A DNA stretch of 64,000 bases from Octopus vulgaris (GCA_951406725.2 OX597815.1:139934001-139998000); one strand, 5' to 3'. Counted from the stretch's first letter, positions 28,530 through 42,353 are shown. Notes: generated by a model not told the origin, from the sequence alone. Program-made: numbers and translations.

Positions 28530-29050
28530 AAATGACCACTGGGTAAGAAGCAGAAAGTTCGAAGCTGACATCAAAGTGTTTTTGACTGCAGTACAAGCTT
28601 AGAAACGTCTCATCTGCAACCACCCAAAACGTGCACTAGATATAAAACAGATTAAGTAACTATAAATACAAGGCGATTGTGAAGAAACAATCCACTACGT
28701 TATTTCTGATTGCTCAGTCTTAGACAAGAAAGATTACGTTCGCAGTCATGACAGAGACGGAGCTTTCGTACGCGGAAAATGCTGCCAGTATTATGGAATA
28801 TAGACTGAAAACAAATGATATAAGCATACAAACTGAACTGAGAGCAGATGATTACAGTGTTTATACTGAACGATATAGTAATTTATATATACGGGGGTAT
28901 TAAGGTAAATTGATAAGATAATATTGCTAAAGACCATAAGGACAATAAATATCTCGTAATTGATTTATCAATTCCAGTTTGAGTGCATTCTTTGAGGAAA
29001 TGGAGAAAAATATATCGTAGAGAACTGGGAAGCAAAGATAATCACAATGA
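28530..29050 (+). mobile_element. Old degenerate Dong/R4-like fragment (not in ORF track)
   Basis: HWVRS..FLTAVQ..EETIHYVISDCSVLDKKDYVRSHDR..CQYYGI..KDHKDNKYLVIDLSIP. Confidence 0.75.
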
Positions 29051-29276
29051 AGGCAGAGGAAACATTGCCAAAATGGGAGTTTTTGAGTGATGTAGTTCTG
29101 AAGAGGAGGAGGAGGAGGAAGGATTGTTTAAAAAGCTGAGAATAGAGTGTTACGGAGGAGAGATGTAGTATGCATTGCGAGCAAGAGGGAAAAGAGACGA
29201 AGAGAAAAGAGGTAGAGAAGGGAGAAAATAAAGGTAGGAAGTTTAGAGAAGCAGAAACTATGGTGGTAGTAGTTGA

Positions 29277-29311
<35 letters not shown>

Positions 29312-30469
29312 ACAGTGTTAATGGTCAGCAAATCTATTGGAAGTTTGTTTAACCAGCATATAGATCGTCTTTTAAAATGTTATCTCAAATATCTGAATGG
29401 CAGTCTCACCATTCATCCCAAGTATATGAACATCACTTTAACAAAATATTGTTATATATAAAACTAGTTCGATATTCTCTGTTATAATACTGTAAAACAA
29501 AGTTAATAACTCAAAGCTACCTGATATGTAACAAGATTCCATAAAAGCTCTGACATTTTGTTAAGTAAATATAACAGTGCTCATAATTCTATTCGACCCA
29601 CCACCAAGTCAATTGAAACATAGCCAGATAAGTAGTTTATACAAAAAAAAAAAACTGCATGTTCTCGGAGAAATTTTGGGAATTTACTGTAAAAATATGT
29701 AACCATTTACTATTTTATATTACAGCAGGATATCTCGCTACTGGGGAAAACAGAAACAACGACAAACGCATAGTCATACAAAAAAACACAAGGGGGACAA
29801 GTTAAATTGATATTGCATATCTTACTGCATAATATAGTAAAAAAACATTTTTCTTATAAATTTTATATGAACAAAAGAGGAATTGTTATCAGATTTCAGA
29901 ATTATTTTCTTTAAATAAGACAATGTCAGCTGGATTAAAATGCATCTCTGACACGTTTGGTGCGAATGAAAAAAAAAATTTACTCTTAGTTCAATTTAGG
30001 AAACATTATTGATGTGATCACAGAATTTTTCACCTTGTGCTGTTGTAGAAATATCATGGTGTTAGTAGAAATATTAACTTTTGTATTAATGTATTGTTTT
30101 TATATATATTATCGCGAGTGTGTACATACACGCGCACGCATATATATGTATGTATGTTTATATATTATTTTAAATATTACGTGTTATGGCACATATTATT
30201 GTATTTGTTATAGTATATTTTGCTGCATATATTATCAGATATTGAAAAAAAAATGATGACTGGAGCTTGGAGAAATGTTTTGTGAAGATATGGAAATTCA
30301 AGGTAGTAAAATAGATATCTTTTTCCAAGTTGAAGGTGTTATAATATTGATAAAGATATAAAGCAGTAACGTAGTGCAATAAACTGCAGCTACTGACGTG
30401 TGGCATTGAACCCAGTCGCGTCAATTGAATGTATTCAATAGTCAATATTCATATGAATACATGTAAGAA

Positions 30470-30685
30470 AAGGACGAGCTGGCAGAATTGTCAGCACGCC
30501 GGGCAAAGTGTTTAGCAACATTTCGTCTGTCTTTACGTTCTGAGTTCAAATACCGCCGAGGTTGACTTAGCCTTTTATCCTTTCGGCGTCGATAGAGTAA
30601 GTACTAGTTGGGCACTGGGATCAACGTAATCGACATAACTCTTCCCCGGAATTGCTGGCCTTGTGCCAAAATTTGAAATCAATAT
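30470..30685 (+). mobile_element. SINE family 2
   Basis: Head, core and alternative tail gctggccttgtgccaaaatttgaaa. Confidence 0.82.
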
Positions 30686-30710
30686 TAGTACGTGCGTCAT
30701 GTCTTTGTAC

Positions 30711-30747
<37 letters not shown>

Positions 30748-31040
30748 TATATGCATATTTTTATACATGCATATGTGTGTGTGTGTGTGTGTAGCGAACT
30801 GGTAGAATGAGTATTTATCACTGGAAATGTGAATAAACAGTTCTTTTTGATAGAATTTTTGTTGCTCTGCTGGTATCAAAGCTTTCGAATTGACAGAGAT
30901 TGGCATTTTCCATCGGGAATTCAAAATATCAATGACATTATTAAACCAAAAAACAATGACAGTAAGCCAGTGGTGAAGTGTCATTGGCATTTAAAATTCT
31001 GGTTGAATTAAAAACGATCACTACCAGAAGGAAACATGTA

Positions 31041-31630
31041 TGAGAACTGTAACAAATTATATATATATAATTGTTAAAGAGAACAACGAATGTTAAGGCA
31101 AGACAAACATCTCAAGTCATATATGTTATTATTGGAAAAATTCAAAGTCTTACAGTTGTTTCTGGGATATCCCAGAGTATAGGATATTCCGTCATCGGAG
31201 ACATTCTCTTATGGAACGTCAATACGTTCGCGTTTATTTTTGGATATTTACACTATTAAGACTTTAACCTACATGGATTTACACAAGAGCGTACTCAAGG
31301 ACTCATGGACTAACATCTACACGATCGGAACTTGAATTGTGAACTTGTATGCCGCTTTTTCTTCTCTTATTTCTTCTTCTTCATCTTCTCATTCCTTTTC
31401 TCCTGTCCTCTATGCCATCGTTTCATTAATCTATACCCTTCTTATTTTCCCTGTTTGTCTCTGATGACGGAATATCCCAAACTCTGGGATATCCAGAAAC
31501 AACTGCAAAAGTATGTAATAATAATAGTAATAATAATAATGATAATAATAATAATATAATAATAACGTACATAACTTGAGATGTTTGTCTTGCTTTAACG
31601 TTTGTAGTCCTCTTTAAAAATTATATATAT
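31041..31630. repeat. Fold-back unit (arms ~31041-31203 and ~31455-31630) with a hammerhead motif in each arm
   Basis: aagacaaacatctcaagt / acttgagatgtttgtctt; gtct C(T/C)GATGA..GAAAC aact G(T/C)A. Confidence 0.85.
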
Positions 31631-31765
31631 CCGCTATATCGGAAATCTACAAGGGTTTCTATAACTCCCGTCTCAGCTATTACCTTGGAGCCCTGGTAAT
31701 CCGTTGCATCACTTACCCAGCTTACCTAGTCGTTTAGATCACCTGTGGACTAAGCACCCATATTT

Positions 31766-31809
<44 letters not shown>

Positions 31810-32416
31810 TTCAGTAAAATTTACCTTCAGTTGAATATGGTACTTAAATTAAAGGTACCAGAATTTAGTATAGCATTATCCATATAATTCAAAATGGGGT
31901 AATTACAATCAAAATTAGCAACAAGGATATCCAGAGGTAATGCAGTACGATCGTTTCATGCGACTCCATTTAATTGAACAATGAAAATATTACATCAATT
32001 TTAAAATGTAGAGCAATCTTCAGCTGCATAAAAATATAGAATTTAGTTAAATTCGAAGGATTCAGTTGTATAGTTTTTTTATTAACCAAAATCACAAAGA
32101 AGATAAGTAGATAGACAAAGAACGTTTCCTCAACAACCTCATAGTTGTAACTGATATTTTTTTCACAAGAAGACACTGCTTATCATTGATTTTATTTTGT
32201 TATTCAGATTTACTAATGGGAGGTTGTTAGTTTTAATTTATAGACTAGTTTATCAAGTCTAATAGAAACTAGAATCTATCTTTTATGGATGGGGTAAAAA
32301 GACAGTTTAAGTGGCAGAGTCATAAATCAAGATTTCTTTGAAGTAAAACCATTTGGTTCAGTAAGAATATATTTCAGCCAAATTTGCAGGCTAAAGATAT
32401 TTGTGTGTATATATAT

Positions 32417-32481
<65 letters not shown>

Positions 32482-33852
32482 CAGGTATTTTAATTACCAT
32501 ACAATATAAAACATTTAAAACATTGCCGGTCAATAAGCTTTTCCTTTTCGTTTAGGGCATGTCAACTCTGGTGAATACTTGATTCTTGGAATTATCTCCC
32601 TTACTTCACTGGCATATGGTGAATATGACACATCCTCTAGGGGCGGAAATTATTCTAATCAATCACAAATATCTTGATGCGTGGAAAACTGCATCAAGAT
32701 AACCAATTTTCAGATTTTTTACTTCCTTTTAAAAAATGCAGATTTTGTGAATGAAACAAACTAGATCCTGAATAAGAAATGACAAATTTTCAGATTTTTT
32801 TTACATCATTTTAAGAGAGGGCTGATTTTGTGACTCAAACTAAATAGATCCAAGTACAGTGAATACCATCCTCCACAATTTGCTACTCATATGAAGTACA
32901 AATGTATTTCAACAATTTCTGTCAAATACACTCTCTTTCTTGAGCATAAAAAATCTTCTTCTTGAGTGACAAGAACTTATATGTCAGATTGTTGCACAAG
33001 TTCTAGCGGTTTTAATACTGGAAATCGGAAAGGTTTGAAATGATTTCATCGGCATTTTCTTGTACCAAATAGCACTCTTTCGATAGACAACACGTTGATC
33101 TCGTAAGTGTCGCGTGGTGGAAATAAACGCAATTACCAAAATTTCTATTCATTATTTCGTTTTTTTTTTTTGGATTTCAAGCACATATGTAAAACGACGT
33201 CCTTTATTTTTTAATCATTATCTGCTGATATCAAGATAAGTAGTATGTTGAAAAATAAAAATATTTTCTAAGGGTGAGGTTGGGGGGCATTTGTGACTCC
33301 AAGGATTAAAGTGGGCCTTTGTCCAAAATGGGCTGAGAACCTTTGGTGTAGGGCGAAAAAGTGAAAAAGTCGACGAGAGAAATAAACGGGTGAGGGATCA
33401 TTAGCCAGTTGGGAATACGGTTATTTGGGTAGAAGTTATGGAGAAAGAAGGGGTCGGTTTGTGCGTGCAAGTATAGTTGTGCTTATAGATGGACATATGA
33501 GGCGAGTGGTATATGATTTTTTTATAGAGTTTGTGTATATGTGTAGAAGTGTGCAAGTGAAGAAGTATAACAGCATCGATTAGGTGTATATGAGACATTG
33601 GTGTATGGTGTGTAATCGATATGTGTATGTGAAGAAAGTAAGGAGGTGAGAGAGGGCGCAAGTGTGAAATAAAAGGAAAGGCAAGAGGATTGCGGAGGGT
33701 GTGATAAAAGTGAGTGGAAGGTACAGGGGCCAGACGTTGTTACATGCAACGAAGGCATGAATAAGAGAAGCAAAAGAAAAAGCTCGGGTTCAGGGAGAGA
33801 AAAAAATAAGAGAAAAAGCAGAAAAAAAATCACAATAAAAAACGTTGGTATG

Positions 33853-33901
<49 letters not shown>

Positions 33902-34384
33902 GAGAGAGAGACAGGGTGAGTGAGTGAAAGAGAACTCACTTCTGTGAAAAGTCTGAGTTGGTTACATAAAACACACGCACACAACATACACACATACATA
34001 TATATGTGTGTGTGAATCTGTGTGTGTATGTGTGTGTGTGCGTGTATCACTTCTTGACTTAATGACTCTTCATGGTTTCTGACTTCACCTCTCTCATTCG
34101 TTTATTGTCTCAGGGCCTGTCGCAACATGGTTGTTTGACCAGCTAGAAATAACAGCCCAACATTCATCCAATCAAGTCCAACTGTCTAAAAAAAATAAAT
34201 AAAAAGAATTGAAGTTATATTGAATAATATAGTCCTAGTTATGCTAAAACATAAAAATGTTCATGGCCGGAACATCCTTGGTCATTTGTTTATAAGATCC
34301 CGACTGACTTGAGACTAAGTAACAACAAAATCAACAACAACAACGACGACAATGACGTGGACAACGACAATAATATATCGTCTG

Positions 34385-34573
34385 TTTAGCGGTATTTCGT
34401 CTGCCGTTACGTTCTGAGTTCAAATTCCGCCGAGGTCGACTTTGCCTTTCATCCTTTCGGGGTCGATAAATTAAGCACCAGTTTCGCACTGGGGTCGATG
34501 TAATCGACTTAATCCCTTTGTCTGTCCTTGTTTGTCCCCTCTATGTTTAGCCCTTTGTGGGCAGTAAAGAAAT
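34385..34573 (+). mobile_element. SINE family 2, young-looking, tail variant gtgggcagtaaagaaata
   Basis: Near-identical to 50480-50672. Confidence 0.85.
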
Positions 34574-35077
34574 ATATCTGACTTTCAGCAGATAGCTCAT
34601 CCCTGATTCTCACCCGCGTGCGCATACACACACACACCTCATTGAAATCTTTGTTTACCCTACAACATTTTTCATTGGACTTTTTCACACTATTATATCC
34701 TCATGCGGTAGAAAACTTTTGAATATGGCCACTCTTCTTCATATGAAACAACTTATTTAATTATTGTCGATGATGTCATTGCTATAGTCCCCTCGCTTAT
34801 ACATCATTACGTTGTTCCCAATGCTGTTATTTTCCTTCTTGCCGTTGTAGCTATAGTCCTGTCATCGCTTCAGTTAAACACGTCTCCATTGTTAAACCCA
34901 GTCTAAAGGTAGGAAGTCACACACCATCTGTTATATTACCTTTCACATATTCAGTGAGAAATCAGGATAGCCTTCTGCCGTATATAATCACCGACACATT
35001 ATTAAGCGTAACAGCTGTTACCATGCCATACAAACATTACGGCAGGCATCCTCCTATCTAACTACAGCTCTGTAATA

Positions 35078-35330
35078 CAGAGCTCCGCAACCTTTTTTCA
35101 CTTGCGGTACTCTTTAACTCTTTTACTTGTTTCAGTCATTTGACTGTGGCCATGCTGGAGCACCGCCTTTAGTCGAGCAAATCGACCCCCAGGACTTATT
35201 CTTTGGAAGCCTAGTACTTATTCTGTCGGTCTCTTTTGCCGAACCGCTAAGTTACGGGGACGTAAACACACCAGCATCGGTTGCCAAGCGATGTTGGGGG
35301 GACAAACACAGACACACAAACATACACACA

Positions 35331-35424
<94 letters not shown>

Positions 35425-35755
35425 CATATATGCGACTGGCTTCTTTCAGTTTCCGTCTACCAAATCCACTCACAAGGCTTTGGTCGGCCCGAGGTTATAG
35501 TAGAAGAAACTTGCCCAAGGTGCCACGCAGTGGGACTGAACCCGGAACCATGTGGTTCGTAAGCGAGCTACTTACCACACAGCGACTCCTACGCCTATGT
35601 ACACTTATATTCTTTTTAAAAATTTGGCGGCTTTCCTGAACTAAAGATATAACTCAAAGTATATGGAAAAAATTATATTCAGGTTATAGTATGGCACACC
35701 TAGTAGCCTCTCGTGGTACACCAGTGTGCCGCGGCATACCGATTGCGGAGCACTG
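35078..35755. mobile_element. hAT (Charlie-like) MITE containing a SINE
   Basis: TIRs cagagctccgcaa / ttgcggagcactg; 8-bp flanks ctgtaata / ctctaatg. Confidence 0.7.
35110..35597 (-). mobile_element. SINE family 1, full length, internal (CA)n(TA)n
   Basis: Intact head and tail. Confidence 0.9.
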
Positions 35756-35819
35756 CTCTAATGCAATGCCCTTCTGAAAGTTACCAAAAACACACGCATG
35801 CGCGCATGCGCGCAATACT

Positions 35820-36045
35820 ATTTGTTTTATCGTTTACGTGTTTCAGTCATTGGATTGCGGCCATGCTAAGGCGCCAACTCGAAGAATTTAGCCAAACAAA
35901 TCGACTCCAGCACGTATTTCAAAGTTTGTCCCCTATTCTATCGGTGTCTCTTGCCGAACCACCAAGTTACAAGGGCGTAAACAGACCAACACCACTGATG
36001 AAGCGGTGATGGGGAAAGCATAAACACACTCACACACACACACAC

Positions 36046-36081
<36 letters not shown>

Positions 36082-36250
36082 ATTATACGATGGTCTTATT
36101 TTAGTTTCCGTCAACCAGATTCATTCACAAGACTTTGGTCGACCCTGGACTATAATAGAAAACACTCGTCCAAGGTACCTCGCAGTGAGACCGAACCCGG
36201 AACCCAGAACCATGTGGTTGGTAAGCTAGCTTCTTCCCATACAGTCTTAC
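35820..36250 (-). mobile_element. SINE family 1, older copy
   Basis: Diverged but colinear. Confidence 0.8.
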
Positions 36251-36852
36251 CTATATACATTATAAAGTAAATTTTGACTAGTGCTTAAAAGCTGAATTAG
36301 CCGTTAGGCGAAACTTGAAGTCTCGGAGAAAATAAATTTTAGAAGAAATTTAGCTCTTTTTTGAGTACTGAGTCTCTCCACGAGAAAATGTTCTGTCGTT
36401 ATTCTTAAAATCGCTTCAAAATAATAACCTTGGTTTTACCACCTTCGTCACACACACGCGCGCGCTCTAAGTTGTATTTTGATAAACCAAAATATTTCCT
36501 TATACCTAAAGGTTTCACGAAATAGACATTAGTCAACCATTACACTCATCACTGAGTGTGAAATAATAATATAAATAATATTGTGTGACCTACTTAGACG
36601 AGGCAGGGCGGCTCAACGACTGAGACAGAGAGAGGAAGGAAGAGGAGAAAGAAAGAGGAAAGAGAGGAAGGGAAAGGAGAGTAAGTAGAATCCGAAGTTG
36701 ATGGGTTGCATTAGTAGAAAGCAAAGGTGGTCGATATCACCAGATCAGAGAGTGATTGATTAATTGGGTTGAAGGAGACTGTCTGTGGTTAAGGTAAACG
36801 GAGACATTGGTAGTGTTTAACTAGACAATGAATTAGATATACACAACCCTTT

Positions 36853-36987
<135 letters not shown>

Positions 36988-37193
36988 ACATAAATATGTA
37001 TATATGTATATAAATATATGTATATATAATATGTACATATATAAACAGAAACCACCCACAATGTGTACATTAGTGTATTTATAGTGAACGAATACGCGTG
37101 CGCGCATTTATTGATGTATTTATGTATACGAATGTACATATACATGGTCACATACATACATAAATATATGTATGTATGCATGTATATATGTGT

Positions 37194-37259
<66 letters not shown>

Positions 37260-38084
37260 CCATGTATATATATATATATGTATATATGTATATATATATA
37301 TATATATATAAATGTATATATGTATGTATAATTTTGTATGTATGCGTGTACTTGAAAGAGAGAGAAAGGGAGAAGCGGGAACGAGACACGTGTATTTATT
37401 GATGTATTTATGGTGAATAAACAGCTGCTACATATGGTTGACTAATGCTAGACAGAAAACTGTTTATTCAAACACATATAAAATAATAGCGTGAAGTAAT
37501 GCAAATATATAGATATATACCTAGGTGTTGGTACTTGGGGAAATAGGAGACAGGTGTGGAGTGGTGTCAGTAGAAAGGTGCGGGTTGGTTGGATGGTTGG
37601 ATGGTTGTACTGTAGATTGGTGGGGGAGTGTAAGCAGATGATAGTATGATGTGGGTTTGCTGGGGCCTGTCACCACCCTGCTAGTTCTGTCTCCTTCCTG
37701 TCTCCTATTTTGTTACTGGTTTTTCTAGGTTTATGCTCATCACGTATGTTGGATACCATCCACAACTATCATATTACCTATCCCAATTATCTGCCGCAGC
37801 ATTATTACTCCCATCGCAATCACCATAACCTACTTCTATTGTAGCTACCATCCACCAGTGTCACATGTCCACACAACTGTTACCAACTGTAGCTACCATT
37901 CCCTACCTACCATCATCTATCAAAACTACTACCACCTGCATTTCCCATAGCTACCAGCAAATGTCTGCATCACCATAATGTAGAGAATAATTTACTCAGA
38001 TAAGTCATCTACATCAAAATAATACAAAAAAAAAAAAAAAAAAACATTAGCTAAGCTAGTGTTAACTGATATAATACAGAGGAT

Positions 38085-38584
38085 ACTCTCTTTTTTTTTT
38101 TACTTGTTTCAGCCATGCTGGAGCACCACCTTTAGTCGAGCAAAACGATCCCAGGACTTATTCTTTGGATGCCTAGTACTTATTCTATCGGTCTCTTTTG
38201 CCGAACCGCTAAGTTACGGGGACGTAAACACACCACCATCGGTTGTCAAGCGATGTTGGGGAGGGGGCGGGACAAACACAAGCACACAAACATATGCACA
38301 CACACGGGGTCGATAAATTAAGTACCAGTTACACACTGGGGTCGATATAATCGACTTAATCCATATATATATATATTTATATATATATATATATATATAT
38401 GTACATACATACATATATATGAAGGGCTTCTTTCAGTTTCCGTCTACCAAATCCACTCACAAGGCTTTGGTCGGCCCGAGGCTATAGTAGAAGAAACTTG
38501 CCCAAGGTGCCACGCAGTGGGACTGAACCTGGAACTATGTGGTTCGTAAGCAAGCTACTTACCGCACAGTCACTCCTACGCCTA
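38085..38584 (-). mobile_element. SINE family 1 with a family-2 fragment (+, 38305-38362) inside its microsatellite
   Basis: cggggtcgataaattaagtaccagtt..tcgacttaatcc inside the (CA)/(TA) tract. Confidence 0.85.
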
Positions 38585-40427
38585 TTAAAAAATTAATTAA
38601 AAGCAATAATATGATCGAAGTGACTTAGTAACCAATTTGTTCAATTGTTTTATTTTTCATCAGGAGAGAAGGCAGCGTCCATGGCCATTTATAAGGCTTC
38701 CAAAAGTAGATGAGAAGGAAGAAGTTATCCTCTAACAGAAGACGTGGCTCGAATGCCTGTGTTAAAGCGGAGTCTACTAAAGAGCACCCTCACCCATGGT
38801 ACCATATGGCGGTGTTCAACCGGGTGACAAATTAAGTCTACAACCCAAGACGCGGTAGGATTTGAACTCGAAACGGAAGGAGCTGAAACAAATACCGAAA
38901 AGTATCCTGTCTGATCTTCTTACAGTTCCACCAGCCAACTTCTCGGATGAGTTCTTTTTTATTGATGATAGGCAAAGTTGATCTCGGTGACATTTGAACT
39001 CGGAGCATATAAAGCCAGAACAAATATTGCGCAACATTCTATTCAACGCTCTTCTAATTATCCACCTTAATTACAAATATGGAGTTTGGTCAGAATTTCC
39101 GATCACTTCCGATCACAGTTGTTCGATTAATTAAATTTCAGGCTCATCGAAGTAATGTGCTGGGGACTGAGCATGCCACGGACAGGTGTAGTTTTAACCT
39201 TTTGCACATCCAAATGTCCATGCTTGTTTCGAGATTAACTAAAGTTGGCCCTTGTTTCATACGTTCTGTGATATATAAAGCCTTCCATTCATAAGTCCCA
39301 AGTTACTCTGGAGGCTGAAAAAATAGGAATGAACAGGGAAATAGTAAATAGCTTATTTTGTTATGAGGATTCTGCTTAACCCTCTGCCTGTCTAAAGCAC
39401 ATTTTCATAATTTTATCCTAAACGTCTATGCTTGTTTTCATACGTTTTTGTTAGCTCAGGTTTCATATGTTGTGAGTAATACAAAGCGTTACTTTTTTAA
39501 GTTACTCTGGTGGTTGAAAAATTTGGAAACGTGTACCATACACGATGCATGGGCACCAGGGAAATATGTCCTGTGTATCACATGTGATACACAGGACAAG
39601 CAAAGTTTTAATGTAATTCTCATGTGGAGTCAGTGTGACGATGAAACAAAGCGGGTCATTTGAACCACGGATGTAATCCATCCGACGGGATATCATTCAG
39701 TATCCCTCCGCACAGTTATGCTCACAAAGAATGGAGTGATCGAGGCTACAGAAAATGACCCTTGCCAGGCAGCCATACAGTAAGATCGAATCGGAAATTT
39801 CGTAATTGCGAAGCAAACTTCTTAACCATTCAGTCATATTGCATCTACACGGACCAATAGATTAACCTAACAATCAATAACAAATTAGTTCAATGACCAA
39901 TACATTAACTCAATGACCAATATATTATTCCCAATAAAGAATATATTAACTCAGTGATCAGTAACCAATATATTAGCTCAATAACCAATATATTAACTCA
40001 ATAACCAATATATTATATCAAAGATCAGCAGAAATTCAATTACGCTGGTAAGTATGGGAGATAACTACAGCGATTTTTGGTCTTATTTTATCTCCTCAGT
40101 GAAACAGTAACTTTACCATAATAGCGAAAGTAATATTGACAATAGAATCAAGAAGCTGGTCACGCAAAGAATAAAAAAAATATATAGTTAGGGTTATATA
40201 AAAAATATATAGTTAGGTTAGTTTCTGTAGTTGAATATGCTACAATGTAATTATACTGCAATAAAACATTATTGATTGTGTATGACGTAAGCCTAATAAA
40301 AGCATCATACTGATATTGGCTTAATCTGTTTGTGACTGATTCTATGTGTTATCGGTCGGGGTGGTGTGTGTATATGTAACAGCCCGATAATATATGACTG
40401 TAGTAATTCCTTCTAATATATATATTA

Positions 40428-40979
40428 ACAGCGGACCTTGAAGCAATCCAGAGAAGATTCACAAAGAAGATTGTCTTTTTGGAACAGCTCAGCTACTGGG
40501 AAAGGTTGAAACAGCTAAGACTCTACTCCCTGGAGAGAAGACGGGAGAGGTATGCAGTAATATATATCTGGAAGATCCTGGAAGGAATTGTGCCAAATTT
40601 TGGCATTGTAAGCTACACCAATGCTAGAACGGGACGACACTGCATAGTGCCAAAGATCCCAGCAATGCCATCACGCTTCAGGACCAGCTTCTGCAACAGC
40701 CTGGGTTTCAAGGGCCCACAACTTTTTGATATTCTGCCAAAGAGTCTGAGGAACCTGTACAAAGTAGATGTAGCGGTCTTTAAATCAAAGCTGGACATCT
40801 TCCTGTCGAGAGTCCCAGATGAACCTACCTCACGGCAAGAGGTGCAAATGAGAGTAGCTAAACTCCATTCTTCACCAAGTGCCACATATTAGAGGTGGTT
40901 CTTCGTAATAACAGTGTAGCACAAAACAGCGGTGCATCAGCATGGCCGCAGCTCTGAGCTGAAACAAGCAAAAAAAAAA
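40428..40979 (+). mobile_element. LINE 3' end (CR1/L2-group-like) with poly-A
   Basis: LEAIQRRFTKKI..LSYWERLKQLRLYSLERRRERY..IWKI..GPQLFDILPK..FKSKLD.FL..VPDEP. Confidence 0.88.
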
Positions 40980-41345
40980 TTTAGTTCAATGACAGATACA
41001 TTAACTCAATGACCAATATATTATTCCCAATAAAGAATATATTATATAGAAAATAGTAAAGAGTGAAAAAACTACAGAAGGCTTGTTTTATAAGGTTAAA
41101 GAATATATTTGAGTCATTATGTTAGAAGAATGTTATAAATTTTTTTCATACAGTAACATAGTTTTTGAAGAAATTACCGGTTTCGTGTTAACTTTTCAAA
41201 TTTCTCATTTTTCTCAGGTGTCTTTATTTACATCGTGTTATGTCTTCGTTATGCAATGCAAAAAAGAGTTCCAGGTAGGGGGAGGTAATAAGCGATTTCT
41301 TCCGGTATAAGGGAGATAATCGCTTTATATTTCTTTTCCCTTTAT

Positions 41346-41700
41346 TTAGTGGGGTGAGTTTCTCTGTATGAGAATGTTAGAATGGTTAAGTTTAGGCTTA
41401 TATTTTTCAATGAAGAATGTTTCCTTGTTTAATCTAATTTGTGTTGGTGTTCCAATAGCACATTGATAGAATGGAAAGATTAAAAATTGTGGTAGTAGTT
41501 GCTTTGTGCATTTCTCAATATGCTCACTAAAGAGTATCATTCTGTATTCTGGGAATGCCAATTGTTGTCGATGCAGGGTGCATCTACGTCTGAGTGATAA
41601 TCCCGTGGACCCCACGTAGTTTTGGTGGCAGCCCGAGCACCTTATGACATAAATTATGTTTTCAGAAGCACAAGTAAAATTGGATCTGATCTTGAATTAT
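41346..41700 (-). mobile_element. Penelope-like element GIY-YIG endonuclease C-terminal fragment
   Basis: FTCASENIIYVIRCSGCHQNYVGSTG.SLRRRCTLH..SEH..RLNKETFFIEKYKPKLN; abuts (TA)n. Confidence 0.85.
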
Positions 41701-41932
41701 ATATATATATATATAAATATTACATTTCTAAATATCTCAGAGAGATATAAGCAGTAGTGGTATGATAGAGTAGTTGTATAATGTCAACTTAATGTGACAG
41801 TCCCATGAAGGGAATCACACCATTGCTATTTAGCTCTAGGAAGCATCAACGCTTCCTGTCGGCCTTGACACATTTCCTGTGTCCTTATGTTTGCAAGGGG
41901 GAGACAAGCACCTCCTCCCAGCTAAGCCTGCA

Positions 41933-41975
41933 TCCAGAGACTAGTTTCTGAGTCTTTGCTCGTCATCAGTCTGGA
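41933..41975 (-). ncRNA. Type-I hammerhead ribozyme motif with intact core
   Basis: tccaga CTGATGA c-gag-caaaga-ctc-a GAAA ctag TC tctgga: perfect 6-bp stem I, GUC site. Confidence 0.78.
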
Positions 41976-42295
41976 GTAGCATGGCCTGCTAGGTGGAGAT
42001 GCCTGTCTAGCCTTTGTAAACATATAAGAATTCTAGTGAAACAAATCCACTGATTACAATAATAGAAATATTACTTTTCTAAATATCTCAGAGAGATATA
42101 AATGTATGTTTTATATCCAGTTATAATAGCTTAACATTAAACTGAAAGATTACTTAATACTTTTTTTTAATAATTAAATATTATACATTCACAGAAATAG
42201 TGGTGACAAAGACTTCGAAGTTTCGGCTAGGTAGCCAGAGTCCAGAAAAGACTAGCAACCCAAACTTTCGAAATCACTGTCTTGTAAATGTACGC

Positions 42296-42338
<43 letters not shown>

Positions 42339-42353
42339 ATGTTTATATATATG

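Noticed and set aside
31940-31965. Half-motifs GAAACGATCGTA (also GAAACCGGTA ~41175, GAAACAAAGGTA ~52465, and ~59000-59030)
   Set aside because: CUGANGA half missing or disrupted; not counted as ribozymes
38650-38735. Acceptor-like tttttcatcag followed by a short frame
   Set aside because: All frames stop quickly; no homology recognised
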